Of a DNA stretch of 64,000 nucleotides, positions 62,865 through 64,000 are shown piece after piece. How positions within the stretch are numbered: the first letter of the stretch is position 1; each line of letters opens with the position of its first letter. Origin of the DNA: Octopus bimaculoides (lineage: Eukaryota); the NCBI RefSeq assembly GCF_001194135.2, contig NC_068982.1, positions 77,132,529 through 77,196,528 of the forward strand. The letters are read 5' to 3'. The translations under genes and the position numbers were made by a program. The notes under the pieces are model-generated. The model was not told the origin of the DNA. It made no database searches and was given only the letters and a program-made list of their open reading frames with translations.

Positions 62865-63926
62865 GACGCTGGATAGGGTGCTACACCCTAAAGCAAACGT
62901 AAACAGATTGTATATGAAAAGAAAGAATAGTGGCGAAGGACTAATTAGTACAGACCATTGTAAAAGGAGTGAAAGAAGAACGCTTGCCGAGTATTTGATA
63001 AATAGTGATTAAGACCTGATGCAATATGCCGCGAAAGATACAGGTGTAAATGCAGATGAAATGATGGGCAATGCAGAGTTTAACCAAAGAGCTGAGGAGA
63101 AGAGAAAAGAAGACCTTGAAATGAGAATGCATGAACAGTTTGAAAGAAAAATACAAGAAGTTAAGGATAATACGGCATCGTGGGCATGGCTTCAGCGAGG
63201 TGAGTTGAAGCGTACCACCGAAAGCCTAATCATTGCTGCACAAGACCAGGCTCTCGCTACCAATTCAGTGAAGTATAACACCTATAAAACTTCTGACACC
63301 CAGAAATGCAAACTCTGTGGAAAGAGTGTGGAAAATGTGACCCACTTGGTTAGTGGATGTGAGAGCCTTGCACAAAAAGAATACAAACGCCGCCACGATA
63401 ATTGGCTCTTATGCTGTAAATATCAATATGAAGTAACAGAGAACTGGTATGAGCATGTACCAAGTAAAGTTATGCAGAAGGATGGAAAAGTAACGATACT
63501 CTGGGACTATGATTTTTAGACGGATCGTGTAATCGAACACCGTCGGCCGAATATTGTCATATTGAATAAGAAAGACAAATACTGTCAGATCATTGATGTA
63601 GCCATACTAAATGATATGAATGTTGTGAGTAAAGAGGTTGAAAAAAATCAACAACTCCGAATTGAAAGTGGAAATGGCAAGACTGTATGGAATGCGAGAG
63701 GGTAATGTAAAAGTGATACCAGTGGTGATCAGAGCATTGGGCTCAATCCTATTGAAACTTCAAGACTTCTTAAGGCAAGTGGAAATCCCATGCAAGATTG
63801 ATGTTTTGCAAAAAGCAGCCTTATTGGGCACAGCGCACATCTTAAGGAAAGTATTATCTGAGGTCCTTGTGACTTGACAGATGACTAAAGACTCCGGTGC
63901 ATTTTTACCTACACTGTGTTACGAAG

Positions 63927-63930
<4 letters not shown>
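62865..63930 (+). mobile_element. R4/Dong-like 3' ~1 kb (CCHC zinc knuckle + RLE + UTR)
   Basis: LHPKANVNRLY, WLQRGELKRTTESLIIAAQDQAL, CKLC..VENVTHLVSGC, RRPNIVILNK..IIDVA, LQKAALLGTAHILRKVL; followed by (AAT)n to the window end. Confidence 0.88.
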
Positions 63931-63992
<62 letters not shown>

Positions 63993-64000
63993 TAATAATA
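63928..64000. repeat. (AAT)n microsatellite
   Basis: One of many (AAT/ATT)n tracts; others at 814-868, 28930-29030, 33960-34035, 34842-34881 and 56125-56192. Confidence 0.95.

Noticed and set aside
1-64000. CRISPR arrays, rRNA genes or prokaryotic operons
   Set aside because: No regularly spaced repeat-spacer arrays or rRNA motifs; the sequence is intron-containing eukaryotic DNA.

Overview
AT-rich, repeat-dense animal genomic scaffold with many N gaps. The SINE/LINE complement and the microsatellite load suggest a coleoid cephalopod such as Octopus (inference). Only one host gene is firmly supported: a complete five-exon histone variant H2A.Z on the minus strand (CDS 19602->16881, 128 aa) with a CCAAT/E-box/TATA promoter. 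Most of the rest is mobile DNA: at least 9 R4/Dong-like RLE LINE fragments, RTE and CR1/L2 fragments, two Penelope-like (PLE) fragments, two tandem ORF1-only Tx1-like units, several tRNA-headed SINE families, Helentron-type non-autonomous elements, a full-length decayed mariner, a hAT remnant and several MITEs. Best leads: (1) a tRNA-like Pol III head joined to a decayed hammerhead motif that sits directly behind a PLE ORF and also occurs alone as a SINE-like copy; (2) a near-canonical type I hammerhead ribozyme at 53586-53655; (3) a 291-bp element with perfect 75-bp TIRs enclosing telomeric repeats in mini-chromosome orientation; (4) two ORF1-only elements bounded by three copies of a 15-bp junction motif; (5) an (AAT)n microsatellite niche occupied by many element types with consistent strand polarity; (6) a structured island and a candidate poison exon in H2A.Z intron 3. 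TE boundaries were read by eye and are approximate unless TIRs or splice sites are quoted. No database searches were run.
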